64,000 nt of DNA from Synechococcales cyanobacterium M55_K2018_004 (GTDB lineage: Bacteria; Cyanobacteriota; Cyanobacteriia; Elainellales; Elainellaceae): NCBI GenBank assembly GCA_015295905.1, contig DVEB01000303.1:2043-66042 (forward strand). The letters run 5' to 3'. The position numbers and the translations under genes were made by a program. The notes beneath the pieces are model-generated. The model was given only the letters and a program-made list of their open reading frames with translations, searched no databases and was not told where the DNA came from. Shown here one piece after another: positions 44,571 through 54,301 of the stretch. How positions within the stretch are numbered: position 1 is the stretch's first letter; the number at the start of each line of letters is the position of its first letter.

Positions 44571-45566
44571 TTAGAGAGCACCCTTGTAGAGCTGAATCAA
44601 CTCCCGGTCAGAGAGTACCTGATCACTCTTTTTACCAATGAAGTAGTAAGCTGAAGCAGCGTCAAAGGTTCCAGGTTTATTCAACAGCCAATAATCGAAA
44701 TATTTCAAATAAAAAGCAGTGAATCGCACGAAAAGTTCAATCAACAATCGCGCCAATTTTGATTGCGTGAAGCTCAACAGAAAATATCTATAGGACCAGG
44801 CCAAAGCCATTCCTGGTCCACACACTGCTCCGCTTTCAATTTCTTCAAACTTTCTAAATAGTCGCCGGTGGCCCAAGTGAGTGAACCGAGTAAAGTCGTA
44901 TCGCCCTCCATGTACCTGCTGCATGAATGGTGTCTCAGCATAAACCAATCCCTCCGGTTTCAACACCCGATGGATTTCTTCACAGCATCGCCAAGGATCG
45001 ACAATGTGCTCAAGGACGGCCTGAATCACAACACCATCTAAGGAGTTGCTGGCAAAAGGCAAGCTATGGGCATCACAAATCAGCGAGGTGCGCGGGCCAA
45101 AAGAAATATCGCTTTCAATAAACTCAATCGTTTCATACTGCAGGAGAACTTCCAAGCCATCACCAAGAACACTGCCACCAATGACTAAGACGTTTGGTCG
45201 TTCTGAGGAAGAGAACAACAATTGGGCAAACTGTTCATAGTTTTTTTGGCTCTTAAGATTTTTCCCGATGTCCGGCAGAAATCGTTTCAAGATTTGTTTC
45301 ACTTTACTTCTGCTTGGATCGGAATTAATTTCACGGTAGGTACTACGTTGCTTGACAAAATCCTCAATGGAAAATATGCTAGCCCTCTCATCAATTAAGA
45401 CAGGAATGCCATGAACGACCGGGAATTGGGAATGGCATTTAGCACCAACACAACGATAGGTATCGCCACTGACTTCCAATGGATTTCTACAGACAGGACA
45501 GCGCAATAGTTTTTGTGTACTGGTAGATAGCTTGATAGTGGACTGTTGCTCAATCTTAGTTTGCAT
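44571..45566 (-). CDS. Class I SAM-dependent methyltransferase with N-terminal Trm112-like zinc ribbon
   Basis: LLRCPVCRNPLEVSGDTYRCVGAKCHSQFPVVHGIPVL, VLVIGGSVLGDG, LKPEGLVYAETP. Confidence 0.75.
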   Translation of the reverse strand: MQTKIEQQSTIKLSTSTQKLLRCPVCRNPLEVSGDTYRCVGAKCHSQFPVVHGIPVLIDERASIFSIEDFVKQRSTYREINSDPSRSKVKQILKRFLPDIGKNLKSQKNYEQFAQLLFSSSERPNVLVIGGSVLGDGLEVLLQYETIEFIESDISFGPRTSLICDAHSLPFASNSLDGVVIQAVLEHIVDPWRCCEEIHRVLKPEGLVYAETPFMQQVHGGRYDFTRFTHLGHRRLFRKFEEIESGAVCGPGMALAWSYRYFLLSFTQSKLARLLIELFVRFTAFYLKYFDYWLLNKPGTFDAASAYYFIGKKSDQVLSDRELIQLYKGAL

Positions 45567-45787
45567 AGTGTACCTGTCAGCAAATCCCTAAATTAATTTT
45601 GGTCATCGAACGGGTATTAGCAGTGCGCTCGTCATACGAAACGCACTTTCTCTGATTCACGAAGTGAAAAATAGGAGCAACACAATCTTCTACTCCCCAT
45701 TCAAACAGACAAGAACCAATCTCCCTAAGTTAAGACAAGGATATGTTTCTAAAAAATAGCAGAGACATACCAGCAATAGTAACATCT

Positions 45788-47032
45788 TTATACCTTAGTC
45801 CCGATCATCATCGACAATCGTTTTGTGAGCATTTCCAATCTATTAGCCAATTTTGTCCGAAGTAGATTGAATTTGTGCGTGAAAGAATATTCTTGCAGAG
45901 TACGTCTCAATTTAATCAGCAGCAGATAAGCCAATATTGAACGCAGACTTTTTCTATAAGCCACAACATGATAAAGCTCTCTCTTATGAGACGTCCAATC
46001 GAATTTGTAGGGTTCGTCTCCCTTGAGTAAATCATACTCACTCATATTGCGATTAAAAGCATCTTCAATACTTTTTACCAGTAATGCCTTTCCAGGAAAA
46101 AGATGCTTGTACTCTGAAACATACGCAGTGCTGTAATCATAAATTTTGTTGTTATAAACAAAATTTATGATGTAGGCAATGGGTTCTTGATTCAGCTTCA
46201 ACAACCAGAGATCAAGCCAATTATTTCCAGAAAATTTTTCCATAAATTCCAAATAAAATCCACTGGCATCAGACTCAGCCAAGCGACAGCACCCTACTTC
46301 GGCTTTCCAACTCTGCTTTTCAATATTTCGCATAATGTCAAAATGCTCTGACGTGGAGACAGGTTCATGAATAATCTGAAATTGCCCGAACTTCTCTAAC
46401 TTACTTCCTGCTCTACGGATATCATTTCTAAATTTTCTAGATTTACTCGATAGATAATCATTCCAAGTAGTGTTGATAGCTACATAGGGTGCTACGGTTG
46501 CTACAATCTCGTCAGATTTCATATCAAGGCATGCCATCACCAAGCTCATAGTTGCGAAATTGGGAGAGTCTGCAGGAAAGTCCTGTAAGCATATCAAATC
46601 CCAGTATTTTCTTGAGTCACAAATATACTTAAAAATGAGGTACAAGGACTCTTGGTTTCTTTTGGTGACGATGAAGTCCAGATAATCTGAGCGGCCAGTG
46701 CCAATAAACTGTAACACTCGAAATAGTCTCCTTCTGACAAGCATCAGTGGTGCGATCGCAATAGTCTGATCCTGTTCCCTGACAAGTAAGACAAAAAGTT
46801 CACTATCACCACTGAGATGATTCCACCAGCTTGATAGCCACTCAAAGGTCAAAAATGGACTGTCGGAGCCACTTCTGCGGAGGGTCTCATTCCACTGCTC
46901 CTGCATGGGTAAAAGATCAAAGAAATTATCTATCTTTGTGATAGATAACCCACTGTTGAGAACGATTTCAGTAGATTTTTGAAACACTTGAGTTCGCATG
47001 GTACCCCAGTAGTGAAATTGAATACGCTTCAC
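45788..47032 (-). CDS. CelD/BcsL-like GNAT (Acetyltransf_6, FemAB-related fold) acyltransferase
   Basis: SPFLTFEWLSSWWNHLSGDSELFVLLV...IAIAPLML...EYDLLKGDEPYKFDW, characteristic of the CelD-like family. An alternative start is at 46999. Confidence 0.6.
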   Translation of the reverse strand: MKRIQFHYWGTMRTQVFQKSTEIVLNSGLSITKIDNFFDLLPMQEQWNETLRRSGSDSPFLTFEWLSSWWNHLSGDSELFVLLVREQDQTIAIAPLMLVRRRLFRVLQFIGTGRSDYLDFIVTKRNQESLYLIFKYICDSRKYWDLICLQDFPADSPNFATMSLVMACLDMKSDEIVATVAPYVAINTTWNDYLSSKSRKFRNDIRRAGSKLEKFGQFQIIHEPVSTSEHFDIMRNIEKQSWKAEVGCCRLAESDASGFYLEFMEKFSGNNWLDLWLLKLNQEPIAYIINFVYNNKIYDYSTAYVSEYKHLFPGKALLVKSIEDAFNRNMSEYDLLKGDEPYKFDWTSHKRELYHVVAYRKSLRSILAYLLLIKLRRTLQEYSFTHKFNLLRTKLANRLEMLTKRLSMMIGTKV

Positions 47033-47192
47033 AAGGCTATCAAACTACACAACGCTATCGAACTAGTAGAATAAGCAAAACAGAATATGTCCATCGCTTC
47101 TGTTCTCAAGTAATGGGTGCATCACACGTTGCCCATCCTACGAATATGGCTTGATTCTGCATGCTTTCACAGCACCAAAATAATGGATTGGT

Positions 47193-48536
47193 CTAACGAA
47201 TAAATTCTTGGATAACTTTTGGCAGTCGGATAGGAAGTAACAATGCTTTTGTCATACGGACTGCATTTTCCCTGGTTACTGGAATGACTAGATAGAAGAG
47301 ATAGCCACCAATGGCATAGGAAATAATCGTGGCGATCGCTGCACCCATGCCTCCATAAAGAGGAATTAGCAGTAAATTCAACAATATGTTTGATACTAAA
47401 CCCGCAAGGCGAGAGTAAAGATTGAACTTCTGTAGTCCTTCATTAACAATCCAGTGGCTCTGCGCTGCACCAAGGAACGAAAACAACGCACTACAGATAT
47501 GCACGATTAAGATTGGAATTGCAGCCTGATACGCTTTGCCGTACAGGATTGTAATCACGAGACTTGCAGAGGGAATCATCACCAGGATTAAACCATATGC
47601 CATTAAACTAATCAGGTCATAATATTTCTGTAGACGCCGATCGTACACTGCTTTACCCAGATCTCTAGACTGAATGATCATCGGGTATAGGGATGAGGAG
47701 ACAATACTTTCCAAGAACCACCAAGACTCTGATAACGTCGCTGCACTGGAATAAATTCCAACCGCTTCTTTGCCGACCATATTCCCTAGCATGACCCGGT
47801 CAATATTGATGTATATCAAGACTGTTGTAGAAGACAGTACCAGTGGAAAAGATTCTCGAATAAAGTATTGAATTTTCTTCCAATTTGTTCGCCAATTCAG
47901 GACACTTTGGCGACTTTTTTGGTAGTAAAAAATTAATCCAAAACTATACAACAGAGTTTCCAGAACTAGCACAATCGTCAAGGCGACAACTGATGCACCA
48001 GAGAGAATCAGATAGCACTTGAGTACTGTACTGAAGATAAACGCAACATTCTCAGCCAATACCTTAAACTTGGACTCTACCCGCGCTTCGAACCAGCTTT
48101 CGATCGGCTGCAGCGAATTAAAGATAAACTTTAGTGCCACAATGGCAACTAGAAGATGAACCAAGAAATCTTCTGGAGAGACAACAAAGATCAAGGTGAT
48201 AGAGGCGATCGCCGCAATTGCCCCACCCACTAACTGCAATGTAAACGCCGTTCCCAGGATGACATTACTCGATTCAGGCTGACGCACTAGATCCCGCGTC
48301 ACAATTGGAGCCATCTGAATCGTAGACAGGGGTAGAAAAAAGCTGGAAAAGGCTAGTGCATATTGCAAAATGCCAAACTCTTTTGGTCCTAGATAACGAG
48401 CAACCCAGGTGCTCACCAGCAGACTGATCAGAATGCGAAAAATCCGACCGATAAATAGCCAACCAGTATTGCCAATAATCTTGCGATGTTCCGAGTTCAG
48501 TCTGTTGCTGAGTCTAGTTAGCATCCGCTTCACCAC
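47193..48536 (-). CDS. wzx: Wzx-type flippase (MOP/PST superfamily polysaccharide biosynthesis protein)
   Basis: GNTGWLFIGRIFRILISLLVSTWVARYLGPKEFGILQYALAF, followed by about 12 TM segments. Confidence 0.8.
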   Translation of the reverse strand: MVKRMLTRLSNRLNSEHRKIIGNTGWLFIGRIFRILISLLVSTWVARYLGPKEFGILQYALAFSSFFLPLSTIQMAPIVTRDLVRQPESSNVILGTAFTLQLVGGAIAAIASITLIFVVSPEDFLVHLLVAIVALKFIFNSLQPIESWFEARVESKFKVLAENVAFIFSTVLKCYLILSGASVVALTIVLVLETLLYSFGLIFYYQKSRQSVLNWRTNWKKIQYFIRESFPLVLSSTTVLIYINIDRVMLGNMVGKEAVGIYSSAATLSESWWFLESIVSSSLYPMIIQSRDLGKAVYDRRLQKYYDLISLMAYGLILVMIPSASLVITILYGKAYQAAIPILIVHICSALFSFLGAAQSHWIVNEGLQKFNLYSRLAGLVSNILLNLLLIPLYGGMGAAIATIISYAIGGYLFYLVIPVTRENAVRMTKALLLPIRLPKVIQEFIR

Positions 48537-48590
48537 TGTGAAATATGCACCGAGTTAATTCTGTCAAACAACGCTACCTTTGCTTTGGCC

Positions 48591-48642
48591 AACTGCTTAA
48601 TATCAGCGGCTTGCTAAACTGCTTAATATCAGCGGTTTGCTA
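48591..48642 (+). repeat. 26-bp tandem duplication upstream of wzx
   Basis: aactgcttaatatcagcgg(c/t)ttgcta x2, 55-106 nt upstream of the wzx start codon. Confidence 0.9.
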
Positions 48643-49022
48643 AAAGGAGGAGTCACTGTAGAATTTCATTATCCCAACCTAGAGATATAGGCACCGATTG
48701 ACTAGGACTCCAGATGTCCACTACTGGGCAGAAACGAGTGACATTTCAACTCTTTTCCCCAATCAAGAGCCAGCCTTCAAACCAGGCATCCTTCGCAGGC
48801 TCCCTCCCTTCCCCTTTGATCCACTAGGTAGATGTCACTCTGCCTCATCCTTCATCCCCGTGCTCCTACACCGGGAGAAGAGAAACCAAAGCAGTGATTG
48901 ACTCAGTTTGGTTATCCCCTGCCAGTGATAGGAGAGGGAGCAAGAGCAGACCCTTTAGAGACCAGACTATGACTTGTATCTACTCAGTTAGATAAACGAC
49001 AGCTATACAAACTGTAGCAAGG

Positions 49023-50657
49023 CTATCCAATCAGAGATTGCCATTTTGCCTGGTTATAGCGACTCCTTGGAAGGGTGGTTGCTGGCCGCCGACCAATGAC
49101 CCATGGCCGATTGCGAATTTGAAACTGTGGCTTCGGAATCACCGTTTTGCCATCCAGGACAACGAAGCCCTGACTGCGATTGAGGGTATGCAATCCGTGA
49201 CTGGAGGAAGGCAACAAGTCTGGTGTCAGTGTTTGAATGACTGTTTCCTCGTATTGATCCGGCGTGAGGCGTGTCACTTCACACAACACAACGCTACCAC
49301 CATAGCCCTTGGAGCAATCCTGGGCAGGACGGAGCAAGCGCCCCTGATGGTAAAACAGTTTTCCAGCAGGGCGGGCAGAGCGAGCATCTGATTTGACTGG
49401 ATTCATCGGATGGGGCACCCACGGACCTTTGAAATGGTCAGCGTAGAAGATTGCCAGTTCATCCCAGGATGACGCACCGCATTCTGCAATATTAGTAAAC
49501 ATCCACCAGCGGTCCTCATGAAAATGCAAGGTAGCATCCACGGCACAGAGGTTATCCAGTAGGACTGTATCAAGTTCCCACTGGTCTGGAAAGTGGGTTG
49601 CCCTGTATAGTTCAACGGTGCGGTTTTGAGACGTTTCCGGAATCATGTAAATCTCGCCATCTGCCTCAAACACAAAAGGATAGGATAGATGGTACGGGCG
49701 TTCCAAAACCACACGGGGATTGGTAAAGGCTTTACCATCCCACTGCAAACAAGAAATGATTCCCTTTTTGTTTGGATCAGTGTAGCGGTACTCCTCCACA
49801 AACAGCACGAGCTGCCCTCTGTGTTCAAACAAAAATGGATCGGCATAGAAGCGATCGCTCCCTGTCGGCACAACCTGATAGGCAGGTTCAGCCGCTGCCA
49901 GGGTTGCTGCCTTGGTTCCAGAAGTCATTTGCCAAAAAGCGACATACCAGTAGTCATCCCGCAGAAATCTGCGTCGCACCATGTCGATCACTCTATTGCC
50001 ATACAACCGTCCCAGGGCAAACAGGCGCGATGTATCTGGGGGTGGAGTAGTTGGTGCCGGTAACGGTTGAGCCAAGCTTCTGCCATACAACAGATGGTCT
50101 ACTGCCCGCAGGAACAGGGAAATTAGCCTAGCAAAGCAACTTTCCAGCGCTTGCAATAGCAAAGACCTGTCCGGGATAGCGACTAGGGAACTGGTCAGAA
50201 TTGTGTCGTCCTGCTGGGTCACTGCTAAAAATGGCACTGTGGAGGGGGATAGGATGGCTTGGATCAGTCCTTCTTCCTCTGGGCTAGTGTGGTAGAGCGG
50301 GCACAACACTGGGCAGGACGGAGGATATGTTGCAAAATCCAACGCTTGCTGGCTCAGGTTTAAAATCAAGTCAACCGACAGGTCTGTGAGCAGTTCATGT
50401 CCGGCGATCGCCTTGACACTGGCAAGCTTACTGCATCGTTGGGCAAGGACAGGGGGTTGACACAAAAATACAGATTTTTCTAGCTTCTTAGCAGCGATCG
50501 TTAAGTTATCACGGCTTCCATCGCGGGCATGGCGATGGGTAATCCAGATAATTTCCACAGGAAAGCGTTCCTGTAATAACTGCGCCAACCGATACACCCA
50601 GAACCGAATAGATGGGCGGCTGACCAACAGGGCGATTTTGTAGACCGGTTTCTGCAT
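49023..50657 (-). CDS. Two-domain protein: N-terminal formyltransferase-like/Rossmann-like region plus C-terminal beta-propeller-like domain of the 'glucosamine inositolphosphorylceramide transferase N-terminal-like' family; function unknown
   Basis: The C-terminal half has FYADPFLFEHRGQLVLFVEEY...ERPYHLSYPFVFEADGEIYMIPETS...ELYRATHFPDQWE...DATLHFHEDRWWMFTN...GPWVPHPMNPV...RPAG, recalled as typical of this family in bacterial EPS/O-antigen loci. Confidence 0.4.
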   Translation of the reverse strand: MQKPVYKIALLVSRPSIRFWVYRLAQLLQERFPVEIIWITHRHARDGSRDNLTIAAKKLEKSVFLCQPPVLAQRCSKLASVKAIAGHELLTDLSVDLILNLSQQALDFATYPPSCPVLCPLYHTSPEEEGLIQAILSPSTVPFLAVTQQDDTILTSSLVAIPDRSLLLQALESCFARLISLFLRAVDHLLYGRSLAQPLPAPTTPPPDTSRLFALGRLYGNRVIDMVRRRFLRDDYWYVAFWQMTSGTKAATLAAAEPAYQVVPTGSDRFYADPFLFEHRGQLVLFVEEYRYTDPNKKGIISCLQWDGKAFTNPRVVLERPYHLSYPFVFEADGEIYMIPETSQNRTVELYRATHFPDQWELDTVLLDNLCAVDATLHFHEDRWWMFTNIAECGASSWDELAIFYADHFKGPWVPHPMNPVKSDARSARPAGKLFYHQGRLLRPAQDCSKGYGGSVVLCEVTRLTPDQYEETVIQTLTPDLLPSSSHGLHTLNRSQGFVVLDGKTVIPKPQFQIRNRPWVIGRRPATTLPRSRYNQAKWQSLIG

Positions 50658-51205
50658 AAACTATGACGACTGTATTCTGATGAATTCTCAATAGCGGGCT
50701 ATACAACCACATGCAGATAGAGGATAAAGACCACGATGCCCATGGTTGCTGAATGACGTGGTTTAGGTCAGTTTTATTGCTGCTAAACCACCCGCACCCT
50801 CGACAAATAGCAGTGGATATCTTGGCAACAAGTTCACATCAGGATCAAAAATTAACCGAAGGACGATTAAAGTAACTGTTGGCAGACAATGAAGCAGCGG
50901 TTTAGATTTGTGAGCACAATGATTGCTTCAGCAATGCAAAGAATACAAATCCAAATCAACGTCTGTAGAATGCACACACCGCTCTTCAATCAGCCTAATA
51001 CCATTTCTGCATGAAGCAGCATACAGCCCAAGAGTCTAAAAAGCCTATAGTAAAAGGCTTACAGTCATCAAGGGTTTTATGCAGCTTTACAACAAACTGG
51101 TCTAAGCATCCTAGATTTTGGAGATATAATTCCAGATTGTAGAAGCCTAACGGTGCAATGCATTAAATTAATCGTCTACCTTATCCTCTCTTTAAATTTG
51201 CATCA

Positions 51206-51340
51206 CTTAAAATTAATGTCAGTTCGGGTTAAGAGGTTTTTTGGGGGTTGCACACAGCGTGATACCCCAAAACCCTGGATGATGTTCTGTGTGCGTCACG
51301 CAGGGAACATCCAGGGTTTTGGGGTATGCTGACTTCACGG
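51206..51340 (-). repeat. Family-1 MITE-like element, inverted orientation, degenerate
   Basis: cttaaaattaatgtcagttcgggttaagagg is the reverse complement of the R motif. Two imperfect hairpins follow (51235-51274, 51272-51315). gggttttggggtatgctgacttcacgg is the reverse complement of a diverged L motif. Confidence 0.65.
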
Positions 51341-51463
51341 GGAAATTAAGAATTAGCTGGATGATCTGCTGAGAGCATTCAACCTTTGCAGAAATATAGC
51401 GCTATACTGCATTGCCCACCCTGCGGGCAGCAAGGTGGGCAAGCTGAGTCGTTACCTGCAGAC

Positions 51464-53632
51464 TCAAGACCGCACTGAAGCAGGAGGTCTGTAAGAGGTA
51501 TGGTTCAGTTCGTAGGAACGCATGAAATAGTAGTAGCTATCAGGTTCATTGCTCTGTACGACTCCATTGATCACCTGCCCTAGAACATTCTGACCAGACT
51601 GTTCTAACCGCTCTTTCGCAATGGTTGCACTACCTGCATCTACCACACCAGGACGAGTCACCAAAACCATACCATCGGCCATCTTGCCCAAGATCAAGAC
51701 ATCAGCCGCAACATTAATTGATGGCGTGTCAATGATCACGAAATCGTAATCGGCAGAGAACTGCTCAATCAGCGAGGACATGCGCTTAGAGTCAAGCAGA
51801 ACTGCGGGGTTAGGAGGCACAACACCAGAGGTCAATAAGTGCAGGTTAGGCACAATCTCTTTTACAACCGTTTGCGGATCAAGTTGCTCCACAATCACAT
51901 TGCTCAACCCAGAATCATTAATCTGCCCCCATACATGGTGCTGGCGGCCACAACGCATATCAGCGTCGAGCAGCAGAACCCTATGCCCGATTTGTGCCAG
52001 AGCCATTGCCAAATTAGCAGAGACAACCGTTTTCCCTTCACTCGGAACTGAACTAGTGACCACAATCGTTCTGAGGGCATGATCGGAGCTGAGGAACTTC
52101 AGGTTGGCCTGCAACATTCGGTAAGCTTCACTGATGGGTGAAGTCGGCTGGTCTCGCACAATCACTTCAGAAGCATTGTCAGATGCTGCAGACCAGAAAG
52201 GTAGCCGACCTGTGCCTTGGTAGGAGGGAATCACCCCTAGTAACGTGAGACCAAAGGTGTCTCGTGCCTGCTGCACAGTCCGAATCGATTTGTCACGCGA
52301 CTCTAACAACAGGGCTGTGGCGATCGCCAGGAACAAGCCAATGATGCCACCCATCGCCAAGTGAGACGTGGGTCGGGGGGCAACTGGACTATCCAACAGG
52401 TCGGCTTGTTGCAGCACGCGCACATTGCCCACATTTTGATTCTCGGCTACGCGCACTTCGTGGAACCGAGTTAACAGCAAAGAATAGGTGGAGTTTGCCG
52501 CAGCCAGCCGACGCTCCAGTTCTCGCTGTTCCTGTTCGAGTCGAGGCAGGGTACGGATGCGTTGCTGGTAGGCTGCCTGGGCTGCTGCCAGCGTTCGCAG
52601 TTCACTAGACAACCCCTGCCGTCTCACTTCGGCTAAGAGTTGATCGCGCACCAAGGAGGTGCGGGTATCTCCCAGTTGCAAGTTGCGCCCCGTCTGGACT
52701 GATTTTCCCTCTAAAGCCTGGGTAATGCGCTGCTGCAACAGACGCTCCAGATTACTTCTCCGCTGTAACAGAGCCTGAATGGTGGGGTGTTCATCCAGAA
52801 AACGAACTCGCTCCACTGCCAACTGAGCATCCACTTCCTGCAAGCTCGTTAGGACTGTTTGCACGCCAGTCGATTGGCTCAGAGCCGTCATCGTCAGGGA
52901 TTCCTGAGGAGACATTTGCAATTGCTGAGCAAAGGCACGCGCCTGGGAGTTGACATTCGCGAGTTCTGAGTTGGCCGCTGCAATTCGCCGTCTCAAATCC
53001 TCCAGAGAAGCCACCGCCGAGCGAGACTCTTCTTCTAGAACTGCAACTTGGTTGCGTTCCTTAAATGCTCTTAGGGCAGCTTCAGACTGTCGCACGCTTG
53101 CCTCTGCCTCGGGCAGTTGACGCTCAATAAACTCGCGGGCAGCCACCACCTCGGTTCGGTTCTCACGCAGATGGTGCTCCAGGTAGACCTGCATCAGAGT
53201 ATCAACAGCCTCACGAGCGATCGCCGGATCGGGGTGGCGATAGGAAACTTCTAACAAATCAGTTCCTCGCGGATTGTTAAGCCTCAGGTTCCGCAAAAAC
53301 CCGGTTACTGAAATTGGCTCTCCATCTCGGCCTTGCATCCCCATTCGCCGGATTGTCTCCTCAATGATAGGAACCGAACGAATGACTGCCATCTCAGTCG
53401 TCATCGGGTTGTTATCCGAAATCAGCGGAGTCATGACTCCGCGTTCATCTCCCCCAACCCCTGTCAGGGAGACGGCTAGATCCTCACCTGTAAAGCGCAA
53501 CTTGCCTTCTGCTTGGTAGACAGGCTTTTGCGTCACCAACGTCATAGACGTCAACGCTAAGGACACGGATAAAACACCGACCGTAGGTAACCAACGTCGC
53601 TTCAAAACGAGCCAATACTGTTGCAGTTCCAT
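51464..53632 (-). CDS. wzc: Wzc-type polysaccharide co-polymerase / BY-tyrosine autokinase
   Basis: N-terminal Wzz/GumC region with two TM helices and a long coiled coil. Kinase domain IVVTSSVPSEGKTVVSANLAMALAQ (Walker A) and VLLLDADMR (Walker A'). Tyr-containing tail SYYYFMRSYELNHTSY. Confidence 0.9.
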   Translation of the reverse strand: MELQQYWLVLKRRWLPTVGVLSVSLALTSMTLVTQKPVYQAEGKLRFTGEDLAVSLTGVGGDERGVMTPLISDNNPMTTEMAVIRSVPIIEETIRRMGMQGRDGEPISVTGFLRNLRLNNPRGTDLLEVSYRHPDPAIAREAVDTLMQVYLEHHLRENRTEVVAAREFIERQLPEAEASVRQSEAALRAFKERNQVAVLEEESRSAVASLEDLRRRIAAANSELANVNSQARAFAQQLQMSPQESLTMTALSQSTGVQTVLTSLQEVDAQLAVERVRFLDEHPTIQALLQRRSNLERLLQQRITQALEGKSVQTGRNLQLGDTRTSLVRDQLLAEVRRQGLSSELRTLAAAQAAYQQRIRTLPRLEQEQRELERRLAAANSTYSLLLTRFHEVRVAENQNVGNVRVLQQADLLDSPVAPRPTSHLAMGGIIGLFLAIATALLLESRDKSIRTVQQARDTFGLTLLGVIPSYQGTGRLPFWSAASDNASEVIVRDQPTSPISEAYRMLQANLKFLSSDHALRTIVVTSSVPSEGKTVVSANLAMALAQIGHRVLLLDADMRCGRQHHVWGQINDSGLSNVIVEQLDPQTVVKEIVPNLHLLTSGVVPPNPAVLLDSKRMSSLIEQFSADYDFVIIDTPSINVAADVLILGKMADGMVLVTRPGVVDAGSATIAKERLEQSGQNVLGQVINGVVQSNEPDSYYYFMRSYELNHTSYRPPASVRS

Positions 53633-54084
53633 GTCGTCTTCTGTATTTCAGGAATCTGAAAACGGCTAAAAGGACTATCCAAACGAACTCAGAGAATAGG
53701 TAGATGCAAGTAAACAACCTCCGATGCCCCTGCTACATTTCTCTCGGAGGAAAGCGAAACGGAATCGGGGGTGTAGCCCCACAAACGTTGCTCACACGCA
53801 CATCTGAGTGATGCAGGTCAATCGTATCTTTATTTCTGATAAGGGATTGATCTTCATAATCGTCATAGGGTCTTTACAAAAGCATTAACAAGTTGGTTAT
53901 GAACAATACTTAGTCAATGATCTACATGGGAATGTGAGCCAAACGCATGGAACGTAGTCCTTCCGGAAATATCACCCCTAAAATCCCCTTCAGATCCCCA
54001 AAAGAGTACCCATCACTGGCGTCAGTATAGCCAAAATCTAATGAGAAATGTCTGCCATTATGCCAGAGGTAGTCTACTAAGTCT

Positions 54085-54126
54085 CTCAGTAGTTCAGTGA
54101 CGGATATCCGCCACTGAACTATTGAG
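54085..54126. repeat. 42-bp near-perfect palindrome (2 mismatches in 21 bp arms) between wza and wzc
   Basis: CTCAgTAGTTCAGTGaCGGAT|ATCCGcCACTGAACTAtTGAG. Confidence 0.85.
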
Positions 54127-54301
54127 ACTTTAACGGTTTCTGAAGAAGCAAAGACCTTGCCAACAATGATTCAGGACTTGCGTAAACATAGCATTCCCTT
54201 GACGCGTTATGGCTACCGCTTAACACATCCTACTGCGAGTGCATCAGTTCATTGCACACCAAGGGGCGTTATTGCCCGTGTTTGGACAGAACACTACCCA
54301 C

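Noticed and set aside
41712-50063. Plus-strand ORFs inside wzy, GT, methyltransferase and GINT1-like genes (41712-42080, 43817-44245, 49038-49391, 49689-50063 and others)
   Set aside because: All are antisense to longer CDSs carrying family motifs or consistent membrane topology.
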